The notes under the pieces: generated by a model
Told to the model about the DNA's origin: nothing
Seen by the model: the letters and a program-made list of their open reading frames with translations, nothing else
Database searches by the model: none
Source of the DNA: an uncultured virus (IMG/VR IMGVR_UViG_3300041411_000304)
Lineage: Duplodnaviria > Heunggongvirae > Uroviricota > Caudoviricetes
IMG/VR virus record: IMGVR_UViG_3300041411_000304
Strand: one strand, 5' to 3'
Length of the DNA: 64,000 nucleotides
Made by a program: the position numbers and the translations under genes
In this document: positions 47,950 to 56,456 of the stretch, one piece after another
Layout of the letters: each line of letters starts with the position of its first letter
Numbering within the stretch: the first letter of the stretch is position 1

Positions 47950-48542
47950 ACGCCATTGATGCGATAATCCAGCCGCGCGTCTTCAAAGTGCGTGACCTTT
48001 ATACTGCCCTTATTGTCTGGGACAAGTTGAAGATCAGGTCCGTAACGCCATATATCGACTCTGATACCTCTGACAGTCCGGTTGCCATCAAGGATTTGAC
48101 TGATGTTAACTTGGCCCTGGACCAGACCAACAAGGACTCGCGCAACTCCAAAATCATCAAGCCGGTGAAGTTGCTGGTTCGCGCTATGTGCGACGACATC
48201 ACCACTCTGGAATCTATGATCGACAGCTTCTATGATGTCGAATCGACCTTTGAAGTCACAACCAAAGAGTTCATTGCAGATAACATGGCGCTGACTCGCA
48301 TCCAAATCGAGCAGACGCCAAAAATCATATCTGCCAACGTCATTGAATTTGAGATGGAGCAAGCCGAAAAGACAGTTATGGACCAATTCGATCCAAAGAG
48401 TCCATCTGACGAATCGACCTTTGGCGTCAAAGTCCAGGACCCAAAAGCAACTTCGATATCCGAAGGCATTTCCAACGGCGTCTCCACCTTTACTTCGCCC
48501 GCTGAGGCTCTGTATAATAAAGTCCTTTCCTATATTGGGTGA
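47946..48542 (+). CDS. baseplate tube-like protein (paralogue)
   Basis: EQTPKIISA. Confidence 0.65.
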   Translation: MNAIDAIIQPRVFKVRDLYTALIVWDKLKIRSVTPYIDSDTSDSPVAIKDLTDVNLALDQTNKDSRNSKIIKPVKLLVRAMCDDITTLESMIDSFYDVESTFEVTTKEFIADNMALTRIQIEQTPKIISANVIEFEMEQAEKTVMDQFDPKSPSDESTFGVKVQDPKATSISEGISNGVSTFTSPAEALYNKVLSYIG

Positions 48543-48970
48543 TGGACATGATTGAGATAACCGGTCGCCAAGGGCAACTCAAGCAAGTTGAGTTGCTTCA
48601 CTTCTCCGCGCTGGACGGGTGGGACATCCAGATGCGCTTCCTGGACTTCGCGGCCACCACCGACAAGGCATTTCGTCGCGCCTTCGTCATGGAAATCCTG
48701 CAATACGCCCGCGTTGTAGTCGGAGACCACGTTTACCCTTTGTCGACCGATGGTCTGATCGATAACCACTTGGAAACGTGGACGAACATCCAGTTGGTGT
48801 TTGAGGCTGTCCTCGTGCACAACGGCATCGATCCGGTGACTCACGCGAGCAAGCCGCATTTTTGGGCCAATGCCGGCTCCGAACTGGCCGTGGCCTTTAT
48901 CGCTGAATGCACCAAGCTCATGGGGCCTGCCTTTGAGCTGGCTGGACAGGCCGCTACTCAAGAGGGCTGA
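48539..48970 (+). CDS. putative tail assembly chaperone (G-like)
   Basis: Immediately before tape measure. Confidence 0.55.
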   Translation: MMDMIEITGRQGQLKQVELLHFSALDGWDIQMRFLDFAATTDKAFRRAFVMEILQYARVVVGDHVYPLSTDGLIDNHLETWTNIQLVFEAVLVHNGIDPVTHASKPHFWANAGSELAVAFIAECTKLMGPAFELAGQAATQEG

Positions 48971-48972
48971 TC

Positions 48973-51591
48973 ATGGCCACCGAGATGGACACTTTTGTCC
49001 TTCAGTACCAAGTAGAACTTAAGGACGCCATCAACCGCCTGGAGCAGTTGAACCAGCGGGTCGAAGTCGTCAACAAGGGACCGGGAAAGGCGCGCAAGGA
49101 ATTCAGCGAGTTTGCCCGCGAGGCCGGCAACGAGATTGGTCGCCTCATCCCTGGGATGGACAAGGTCGGCGCGGCGACGTCCGCCATGACCGTTGGATTT
49201 ACCGCTGCCTCTGCCGCAGTCGCCGCCCTTGGCGCTGGTATTTTGTCCGTCATCAAGCTTCGCGATCAATTCAACCAGCAGCGCATGGTCGGCATGGACG
49301 TCGGCATGTCCGGCATGCGCCTTGAAGAGATTGAGCGGAAGGTCGCACGAACCTCCGGTGGCACCATCACCCGCGAGCAGACCCGCGAGAACGTCAAGGG
49401 CGTATCCGATCTGATCAAGCGAGCGTACACAGACCCGACCCGCTCCGGCACTGAGAACCGATTCCTGCGAATCATGGGCATGAATCCGGGCGCACTTGGC
49501 GGCCCGATGCTTGGCACCAAGGATGCGCTTGTCCAGTTGGCCGCCCGCTTTCAGAAGATGGGACCGGAGCGCGCCCAGGGCGTTTCCGAGCAGGCAGGCA
49601 TCAGCAAGGACTTCGCGCTGACTATGGCGAAGCTTGGACCGGAAATCGGCAAGGTCACCGAGATGACTGCGCAAGAAATTGACGTCCGCAAGCAGGCGGA
49701 AGCCGACCTGGCCAGATTCAATGATGAAATGGCCAAATTCAGCGACAGCGTCAACCAGCTGCAAATCAGCCTCGGCTCCAAACTCCTCCCGGTGCTCAAC
49801 AAGATCATCGAGAAGGTGAAAGAGATTTCCGACATAGCAGACCAGTATCTGCCTGATGCCGATGAAGTCGCCTCGCCGGGCACCCCGGAAAACAAGCTCA
49901 TCAAAAACTTCTGGGCCGATGGCTTCCCTGGCATCGCCATGGGCAAATACGCCGTCGACAAGAGCAAGCAAGCCTACAACTGGGCTTTCGGGAAGCCAGA
50001 GGCCGGCGATGGCCAGCGCTTGGCCGGTCTTGGCCAGGACGCAGCGAGAAAGGGCCTGCCCTTGTCCGGGCCTGACCTCTTGATGCCGTCGCGTAACGGC
50101 CAAGAGAGTGGCCAGCAGGGCGCACGCATCCTATCGGCAATCGAAGGCCAGAGCCGGAACGTGGCCGAAGGTCGCAAGACCGCTGACGAGCTGATCGATC
50201 AGGCCGACCGGAACAACCAGCTGGGCCTGCAGACGGCTTCGCAGATGTCGCTGGCGGTCAACATGTTCAACAGCGCCGTCGCGACCTTCTCCAATGCCAT
50301 CGATGAGCGCCAGGCCTGGGCAGCTTGGGCCGGTATGGTCGGCCAGGCCTCCGGTCTGGGCAGTACCACCCAAGGCCCGCAGCGCACTGACCCGCTTCCA
50401 CGCAAGGCAGACGGCACGCCGAACTGGAGCGCGATGAGCAGCAACGGAAATTACGACCCAATCAGCGGCACGACTCCCGGCGGCACTCCGGTGCTCGCAA
50501 AGCCGTCTGCGAATCCGCCAGTCAAGACGCCATACGACGACATATTTGCCAAGGCCGCGCAAAAGTACAACCTGAACGTCAATTGGCTCAAGGCCCAAAC
50601 ACAAGTTGAGTCCAAGATGGACCCGATGGCCACCAGCGGAGCCGGCGCGCAGGGCCTTATGCAGCTGATGCCAAAGACTGCCAAGTCACTGGGCGTCCGT
50701 AACGCATACGACCCCTATGAGAATATCATGGCCGGCGCCAAGCTCATGCGGGAGAACCTGGACAGAACCGGCAGCTATGAAGATGCCCTGCTGATGTACC
50801 ATGGCGGCACGAACCCTGCCAACTACGGCCCTCTAACACGCTCTTATCCGGACAAGGTCAAACGCGAGCTGGAGGCCCTGGAGCGCGCCCAAGGCATTCG
50901 TTCGCCGTTGCCGGCGGACCTGCCTGCAGCGCTTGCCGGGCACAACGATTGGACGTCCAGCCCGATTCCGCAGCCGCAGCGCGCCCCGGTGGAAGCCAGC
51001 AAGTCCAACGGACAATCCTCCAACCTGCCGGCATCGCTCAACGGCCAGGGCGATTGGGCAAAAAGCCCGAACCCGAACGCCCCGAATACGCCAGTGGCAG
51101 ATGCCCGTTACTTTGACACAGGACGCGCCGGGGCCAGTGGCGGCGAGAACCGCGAGAAGATCAACAAGGTCACCGTTCAAGCGAACATCGCCCAGGCCCT
51201 TGGCGTCCCGGTCACCCAGCTCCAGCACGGCGCCGTGAACCGCGACGATGTCGCCTGGAAGGTCGCCCAGCTGGAGGCCGGCTATCAGAACCACAAGACG
51301 CGCATCCAGACGGAACTGTCCAACCAGATGTTGACAGACAGCGCACGCGCAGAACTGATGGAGCAGTACAAAATCCAGGAAACCGGATTGACCGCCCTCC
51401 GCGCATTTGGCGGCGACGTCATCCAGGACCAGCGCCAAGGACCGCGCGAAATCACCGTGGGTGAGCGCGCAATCCAGATCAACGTCAATGGCGTCGGAAG
51501 CCCGCAGGAGACTGCCGAGGCCGTGCGAGGCCGCGTGCAAGACGGCCTCAGCGACATCGTCAACAATGCCTCGGATGGGGTTAAGCTCTGA
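48973..51591 (+). CDS. tape measure protein with lytic transglycosylase (SLT) domain
   Basis: Helical N-terminus; VES, GAQGLMQLMP, NIMAG, YHGG. Confidence 0.88.
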   Translation: MATEMDTFVLQYQVELKDAINRLEQLNQRVEVVNKGPGKARKEFSEFAREAGNEIGRLIPGMDKVGAATSAMTVGFTAASAAVAALGAGILSVIKLRDQFNQQRMVGMDVGMSGMRLEEIERKVARTSGGTITREQTRENVKGVSDLIKRAYTDPTRSGTENRFLRIMGMNPGALGGPMLGTKDALVQLAARFQKMGPERAQGVSEQAGISKDFALTMAKLGPEIGKVTEMTAQEIDVRKQAEADLARFNDEMAKFSDSVNQLQISLGSKLLPVLNKIIEKVKEISDIADQYLPDADEVASPGTPENKLIKNFWADGFPGIAMGKYAVDKSKQAYNWAFGKPEAGDGQRLAGLGQDAARKGLPLSGPDLLMPSRNGQESGQQGARILSAIEGQSRNVAEGRKTADELIDQADRNNQLGLQTASQMSLAVNMFNSAVATFSNAIDERQAWAAWAGMVGQASGLGSTTQGPQRTDPLPRKADGTPNWSAMSSNGNYDPISGTTPGGTPVLAKPSANPPVKTPYDDIFAKAAQKYNLNVNWLKAQTQVESKMDPMATSGAGAQGLMQLMPKTAKSLGVRNAYDPYENIMAGAKLMRENLDRTGSYEDALLMYHGGTNPANYGPLTRSYPDKVKRELEALERAQGIRSPLPADLPAALAGHNDWTSSPIPQPQRAPVEASKSNGQSSNLPASLNGQGDWAKSPNPNAPNTPVADARYFDTGRAGASGGENREKINKVTVQANIAQALGVPVTQLQHGAVNRDDVAWKVAQLEAGYQNHKTRIQTELSNQMLTDSARAELMEQYKIQETGLTALRAFGGDVIQDQRQGPREITVGERAIQINVNGVGSPQETAEAVRGRVQDGLSDIVNNASDGVKL

Positions 51592-52463
51592 TGAAACGTC
51601 GCCTACTACGGGTCACTTTCACACTCCAAAACAACAAGGTCGTTTTGGACGAAACTCTGCAGCTGCGGGTGCGCATCCAGAAGGCAGCGCTGGCCATCCA
51701 GGCCCGCGCCGTCGTGGAGGTCGTCGGCATGTCCACCGAGATGCGCGAGGGCCTGCTGTCCCAGTTCACCGCCTGGAACAACCGCCTGGTCCAGACCGGC
51801 CAGGCGCCGGAGCCGTTCGTAAAGGTCACCATCGAGGCCGGCTATTCTGAACGCCGATCCGAGAACCTGGCCGTGGTCTTCAAGGGCGAAGTCGCCATGG
51901 TCGATCCCTCGTCCACCCCTCCGGATATTGGCGTCAAAATCACCTGCTTCACGCGCCAAGTCGACAAGACGAAGTGGGTGACTAATCGCACGCCATCCTC
52001 CATGCGCTTCTATGATCTGGTGGCCTGGGTTTCCGATCAAATCGGCTTCGGCAGCAACTTCGTTTGTGAGACGTCCTTCAATGACACGCCAATCGAGAAC
52101 CCGGCGCGCTCCATCCAGACCGTCGCCGGCCTGATCCCATACATCCAGGACTTGTATAAGCCGGACGTCGCGGCATTCATCGATGACGACGTGCTCATAG
52201 TCAAGGACCGCGACAAGGTCATCAGCCGCGAACAACTCGTGCCTCTTGATGTCTTCGTCGGCATCCCCTCGTGGACCGAGTGGGGTGTGGAATTCACGAC
52301 CATCTTCAATCCGTCCATACGCCTCGCTGGCGCCGTCAACCTGACCTCCAAGATGAACCCAGGCGTCAACGGCAACTATGTCCTGACGTCGTTGGAGTAC
52401 GATCTGAACAGCCGCGACCGAGCATTTTACGTCAAAGGATTCGGCAGCCCGCCGTCAGCATAA
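51591..52463 (+). CDS. baseplate hub protein
   Basis: IEAGY, VFKG, GIPSWTEWG; synteny. Confidence 0.7.
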   Translation: MKRRLLRVTFTLQNNKVVLDETLQLRVRIQKAALAIQARAVVEVVGMSTEMREGLLSQFTAWNNRLVQTGQAPEPFVKVTIEAGYSERRSENLAVVFKGEVAMVDPSSTPPDIGVKITCFTRQVDKTKWVTNRTPSSMRFYDLVAWVSDQIGFGSNFVCETSFNDTPIENPARSIQTVAGLIPYIQDLYKPDVAAFIDDDVLIVKDRDKVISREQLVPLDVFVGIPSWTEWGVEFTTIFNPSIRLAGAVNLTSKMNPGVNGNYVLTSLEYDLNSRDRAFYVKGFGSPPSA

Positions 52464-52464
52464 C

Positions 52465-52983
52465 ATGGCCAGACAAACCAGAGAATTCACCGCATTCGGC
52501 ATCGCCTATCGCACCAAGCAATTCGATGCCGTTTCTGGTATGCGCTTCGTTGATACTCGTGGCGCCGATCACCCCTGTCGGATGTTGGCGACAACCGAGG
52601 CTTGGCACGATGGCGCCTGGCACTCGTTGGCGACCCCGGAGAATATCAACCGTTACGTCTATGACGGTGCGCGCTGCGTCTCGCCGCTGATGGTTCTGCG
52701 CGGCATCGTCAGCGTCATCCGGGAGTTCAATTTCTCTTTCATCGGCACCTGGAAGGGCGTCAGGGTTCCGTCCAGATTCTTGACTGACGTGGATGGCGTG
52801 GCCTCCCAGAACGTCCTGCCGATGATCAGCGCCTTGATCCAGCAGGAGGCCGCCAGCCTCAAGGAGTTGGAAGAGTATTATTCTCTGGAGGACGCCTTCA
52901 AGATGTTTGATGTGATGACTTCCAAGGGCGTGAACGAGGCCCTTGCCAATGAGCGGGCAATGAAGAAGGCCGAGCGACGCTGA
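52465..52983 (+). CDS. putative tail assembly chaperone (GT-like)
   Basis: N-part resembles 48539 gene; C-terminal ASLKELEEYYSLEDA. Confidence 0.55.
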   Translation: MARQTREFTAFGIAYRTKQFDAVSGMRFVDTRGADHPCRMLATTEAWHDGAWHSLATPENINRYVYDGARCVSPLMVLRGIVSVIREFNFSFIGTWKGVRVPSRFLTDVDGVASQNVLPMISALIQQEAASLKELEEYYSLEDAFKMFDVMTSKGVNEALANERAMKKAERR

Positions 52984-53041
52984 TTTACCTGGGCGTTGCA
53001 CCCGCTTATAATTGGGACTTGAATCAGCGGGTGCCATCAGA

Positions 53042-53737
53042 ATGTCCAATCAACAATCGATCCTCTCAGCATCACAGCCGGACAAGTCCAAGCAGCTCGC
53101 GGCGATAAAGGAGCTGCTTCGCAAAGCCGTCATCTTTGATGATAACGTGCTACCGGCGCAAATCCTTCAGTATGACCGCGAGTCCAACCTGGCCACGATC
53201 AAGCCGCTGATTGCTTGGGTCGGGACCGACGATAAATTGCATTCTCGGCACGAGATTGACAACGTACCGGTCATATCTCTGGGCGCTGGTGGATTCCACA
53301 TCAACTTCCCGATCAAGGCCGGCGACCTGGGCTGGATTTACGCTTCCGACCGCGACATCTCCCAGTTCAAAGAGACGTTGGCCGAGTCGCAGCCTAACTC
53401 TGGCCGCCTGCACACGTTCGAAGATTGCATGTTCATTCCTGACGTCTTCCGCCAGTATGTTATTCACGCAGAAGATGCCGATGCCATGGTCATCCAGTCG
53501 ACCGATAGCGCAACCCGGATCAGCATTCGCGGCGACAACATCAAAATAACGACGCCCAGCAAGATAACGCTGGACACTCCGTTGACCGATATCACCGGAA
53601 ACGTCAACATTCAGCAAAACTTGACGGTGCTTGGGATTTCAACTCTGAAGAACACCACTGTCAACGACATTAACGTGTCCTCTCACGGACACCAAGAGAC
53701 TAACAGCGGAAGGACCGCAGGGGGCATGGTATCGTGA
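53042..53737 (+). CDS. baseplate central spike (Gp138-like)
   Basis: FPIKAGDLG, DRDIS, RLHTFED, C-terminal HGH. Confidence 0.8.
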   Translation: MSNQQSILSASQPDKSKQLAAIKELLRKAVIFDDNVLPAQILQYDRESNLATIKPLIAWVGTDDKLHSRHEIDNVPVISLGAGGFHINFPIKAGDLGWIYASDRDISQFKETLAESQPNSGRLHTFEDCMFIPDVFRQYVIHAEDADAMVIQSTDSATRISIRGDNIKITTPSKITLDTPLTDITGNVNIQQNLTVLGISTLKNTTVNDINVSSHGHQETNSGRTAGGMVS

Positions 53738-54993
53738 CCGAGTATATTTATTCACGCGAAACGGGCGCAATTTCTGTCGATACGGCAGACATGCTGGAAG
53801 AGGTCCAAAACGAGTTCAAGACGGCCCTTGGCCAGAGCCTCAACACACAATCCAACACGCCGCAAGGCAGCCTCATCACTGCCGAAGCAATCGCGCGTAA
53901 CGATGTTATGCGCAACAACGCAGAATACGCAAACCTGCTCAATCCGGACCTGTCATATGGGCGGTTTCTGGATGCCATCTGCGCCTTCAACGCCATCGGT
54001 CGCGGCGAGAACCAGGCAACCATCGTCCGCAAGGTTCTGCTTGGCGGAAACCAGGCCACCGTTATCCCGGCAGGTTCGCGTTTGCAGGACCAAGACGGCG
54101 TGATATTCACGACCATTGACCAGGTCACCATCCCGGCTTCCAAAGCCATAGTCGTGGACATCATTGCGTCGGAGCCGGGCGCCCTGGAAGTCCCGGAGCA
54201 AGACCTGACCATCATCGACGGCGTCATTGGCTGGGGCTCGGCAGAGGTCACCCTGACTTCCGTGGTTGAGCCTGGTTCGACGGCGCTGAAGGATGGCGCG
54301 CTGAAGAACGTCCGGCGCCGCCGCCTGGCCGCCCTCGGCATAGGCTCTTCCGGGGCAATCCTGGCATCGGTCCTGGCCGTGCCCAACGTCCGGTCGGCGC
54401 TGGTGGTGGAGAACAATACCGGGGCCACCGGGCTGGTCAAGGGCGTTACCTTTACCCTGCCCAACGCCGTGTGGGTTTGCGTGGCCGGCGAGGCCGTGGT
54501 GGACGACGTCGCGGCTGCCCTCTATCGCACCCACCATATGGGCATTCCGTGGGACTACGGCAACACCGGCAACGGCACCCCGGTCCAGTCGCCCAACGGC
54601 GTATCAACCCCGGACCCGTCCAGCGGGATTTTCTACAACGTCAAGTTCACACAAGCGGTGGAATATGACGCATATTTCAAGATCAAGGTCCGTCGCCAAC
54701 CGGGCGCGTCGACCCCGACCGAAACCGTGAAAGAGGCAGTGGTGGCCTATGGCAACGGCGAGATTGACGGTGAAGACGGATTCGTGGTCGGTGCCTCCAT
54801 CTACGCCTTCGACGTGGCAGGGGCCATATCGGCGCAAATGCCCGGTCTTTCCATCGTTGAGATCAAGGTCGCGTGCGTCCTGAAGGGCCTGTCGCCACCG
54901 GTGGACGGCGCGTATGCCTTTGAGTTCGCGATGGCGGCCTGGGGTATCGCCTCCACCAACGTCGGTAGCGTTCTTGTGGAGATTCTGCCATGA
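53734..54993 (+). CDS. baseplate J-like wedge protein
   Basis: TPQG, NPD..G.FLD, IPAGS, VVEN.T. Confidence 0.82.
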   Translation: MTEYIYSRETGAISVDTADMLEEVQNEFKTALGQSLNTQSNTPQGSLITAEAIARNDVMRNNAEYANLLNPDLSYGRFLDAICAFNAIGRGENQATIVRKVLLGGNQATVIPAGSRLQDQDGVIFTTIDQVTIPASKAIVVDIIASEPGALEVPEQDLTIIDGVIGWGSAEVTLTSVVEPGSTALKDGALKNVRRRRLAALGIGSSGAILASVLAVPNVRSALVVENNTGATGLVKGVTFTLPNAVWVCVAGEAVVDDVAAALYRTHHMGIPWDYGNTGNGTPVQSPNGVSTPDPSSGIFYNVKFTQAVEYDAYFKIKVRRQPGASTPTETVKEAVVAYGNGEIDGEDGFVVGASIYAFDVAGAISAQMPGLSIVEIKVACVLKGLSPPVDGAYAFEFAMAAWGIASTNVGSVLVEILP

Positions 54994-56453
54994 TGACGCC
55001 CCACAATACGGACATCATGCAGGCGCTCAAGTGGCTGCAGAACGAAGCCCCGAACATCCAGTCAATCATCTCCCAGAAGGCCGAGTGGTATGAACGGAAC
55101 CACTTCCAATTCTGGGATGACTGGTATCAAACAGTGTTCAACATAGACACCGCCAGCGACTTCGGCTTGATCGTCTGGTGCATCATCCTTGGCGTCAACA
55201 CCGAACCGTTCAGCTTCGATCCGATTGAGAATGCATGGGGTTACGGCGCAAACCGTGAGAACTTCATATTCAGCGGCACGCCGGGAAGCCTCACCGACCC
55301 CAACCTGATCGGCGGCAACTTCATCGGCGGCGGCGCCGGTTCCATTGTTAACTTGGATGAGATTCGCCGCCTGCTGAAGCTGCGTTATGTCGCGTTGACC
55401 CACAACGGCACTCTGGCGCACATCAACTACATGCTGCGCGAAATCTTCAACGATGGTGAGCCTTGGGACTTCGCCAACGGCAACTATTTCTATGCCATGG
55501 ACGTGACTGGTGCTGGCAATACCAGCAGCGCTGCCATAAAGCGCCTCTATGAGAAGACGGCTGCTGAGGGCGAGGTGACGCTGCAAGAGGTCACCAGAAA
55601 CCAAGGCCTGGCCGACTCCGGCTGGACCGGCGTGCAGACGACCGTGGACATTCAGGCTGCCGTTCCGGAATTTCCGTCCACCTACAGCGTCATCCGGATG
55701 ACGGCCCAGTCGATATCCTCTGGCGCTCAATTCATGGGCAACCAGACAAATGCCGTGGCCGGTCGCCATGTCTTCCAAGCGCTGCTGAAGACGTCCGGCG
55801 TCAACCAAGTCGTGATGCAGGTAACGAACACCGCAAGCTTGGCATCGCAGATCGTCATCGATATCGGCGCGGCATCTATCATTTCCGTGGAAGGTGAATA
55901 TGTCGATTTTGGCATAGAGCAGCTGGCCAACGGCTATGTGAAGGTCTGGTTATGCGTTGACATCGCCGCAATCAACCCAATTGCCCGATTCTGGATGGCG
56001 GATAGCGGTCGCACCGGGATTCCCATCCCGGCTGGCGCCTACGTCACCGTGGTCGCGCCAATGCTTGCCCTTGGAAGTGACTACGGCAAATATGTTAAGC
56101 GCCCGACCAGCTCTGTCGTGACACAGAAGGACTACACGCTGACGGCATCGACCGGGGCGCTGGCCATGGGGTATACTATGGCGAGCAACGCGGAGCTGTT
56201 CTGGTCCGGTGGATTCAAGGGCGCTGACACCATCTTTGATGTCAAAGTTGGACAAGGGGATGGCTCCACAACGGCCTTCATCATCCCTACTCCGCCGAAC
56301 TCCACCACCAAGACCGCGACGCCGATGTTGATAGAATACCGACTGGGCCAAAATGCCGGCGTGTCGGACCAGAGCCTGGTGATCTTAGCCGATCCAGAAT
56401 CTGGAATCACCCCGGCTCCTGCTGGCGTTCGATATACCATGACCAAGGTGTAA
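54990..56453 (+). CDS. baseplate wedge / fibre attachment (DUF2612-like)
   Basis: FNIDTA.DFGL.VW.IILG; C-terminal PAGV. Confidence 0.78.
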   Translation: MMTPHNTDIMQALKWLQNEAPNIQSIISQKAEWYERNHFQFWDDWYQTVFNIDTASDFGLIVWCIILGVNTEPFSFDPIENAWGYGANRENFIFSGTPGSLTDPNLIGGNFIGGGAGSIVNLDEIRRLLKLRYVALTHNGTLAHINYMLREIFNDGEPWDFANGNYFYAMDVTGAGNTSSAAIKRLYEKTAAEGEVTLQEVTRNQGLADSGWTGVQTTVDIQAAVPEFPSTYSVIRMTAQSISSGAQFMGNQTNAVAGRHVFQALLKTSGVNQVVMQVTNTASLASQIVIDIGAASIISVEGEYVDFGIEQLANGYVKVWLCVDIAAINPIARFWMADSGRTGIPIPAGAYVTVVAPMLALGSDYGKYVKRPTSSVVTQKDYTLTASTGALAMGYTMASNAELFWSGGFKGADTIFDVKVGQGDGSTTAFIIPTPPNSTTKTATPMLIEYRLGQNAGVSDQSLVILADPESGITPAPAGVRYTMTKV

Positions 56454-56456
56454 ATA

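Noticed and set aside
45353..48542. Duplicated tube-like genes as a novelty
   Set aside because: Tube and tube-initiator paralogues are expected in this type of myovirus tail.
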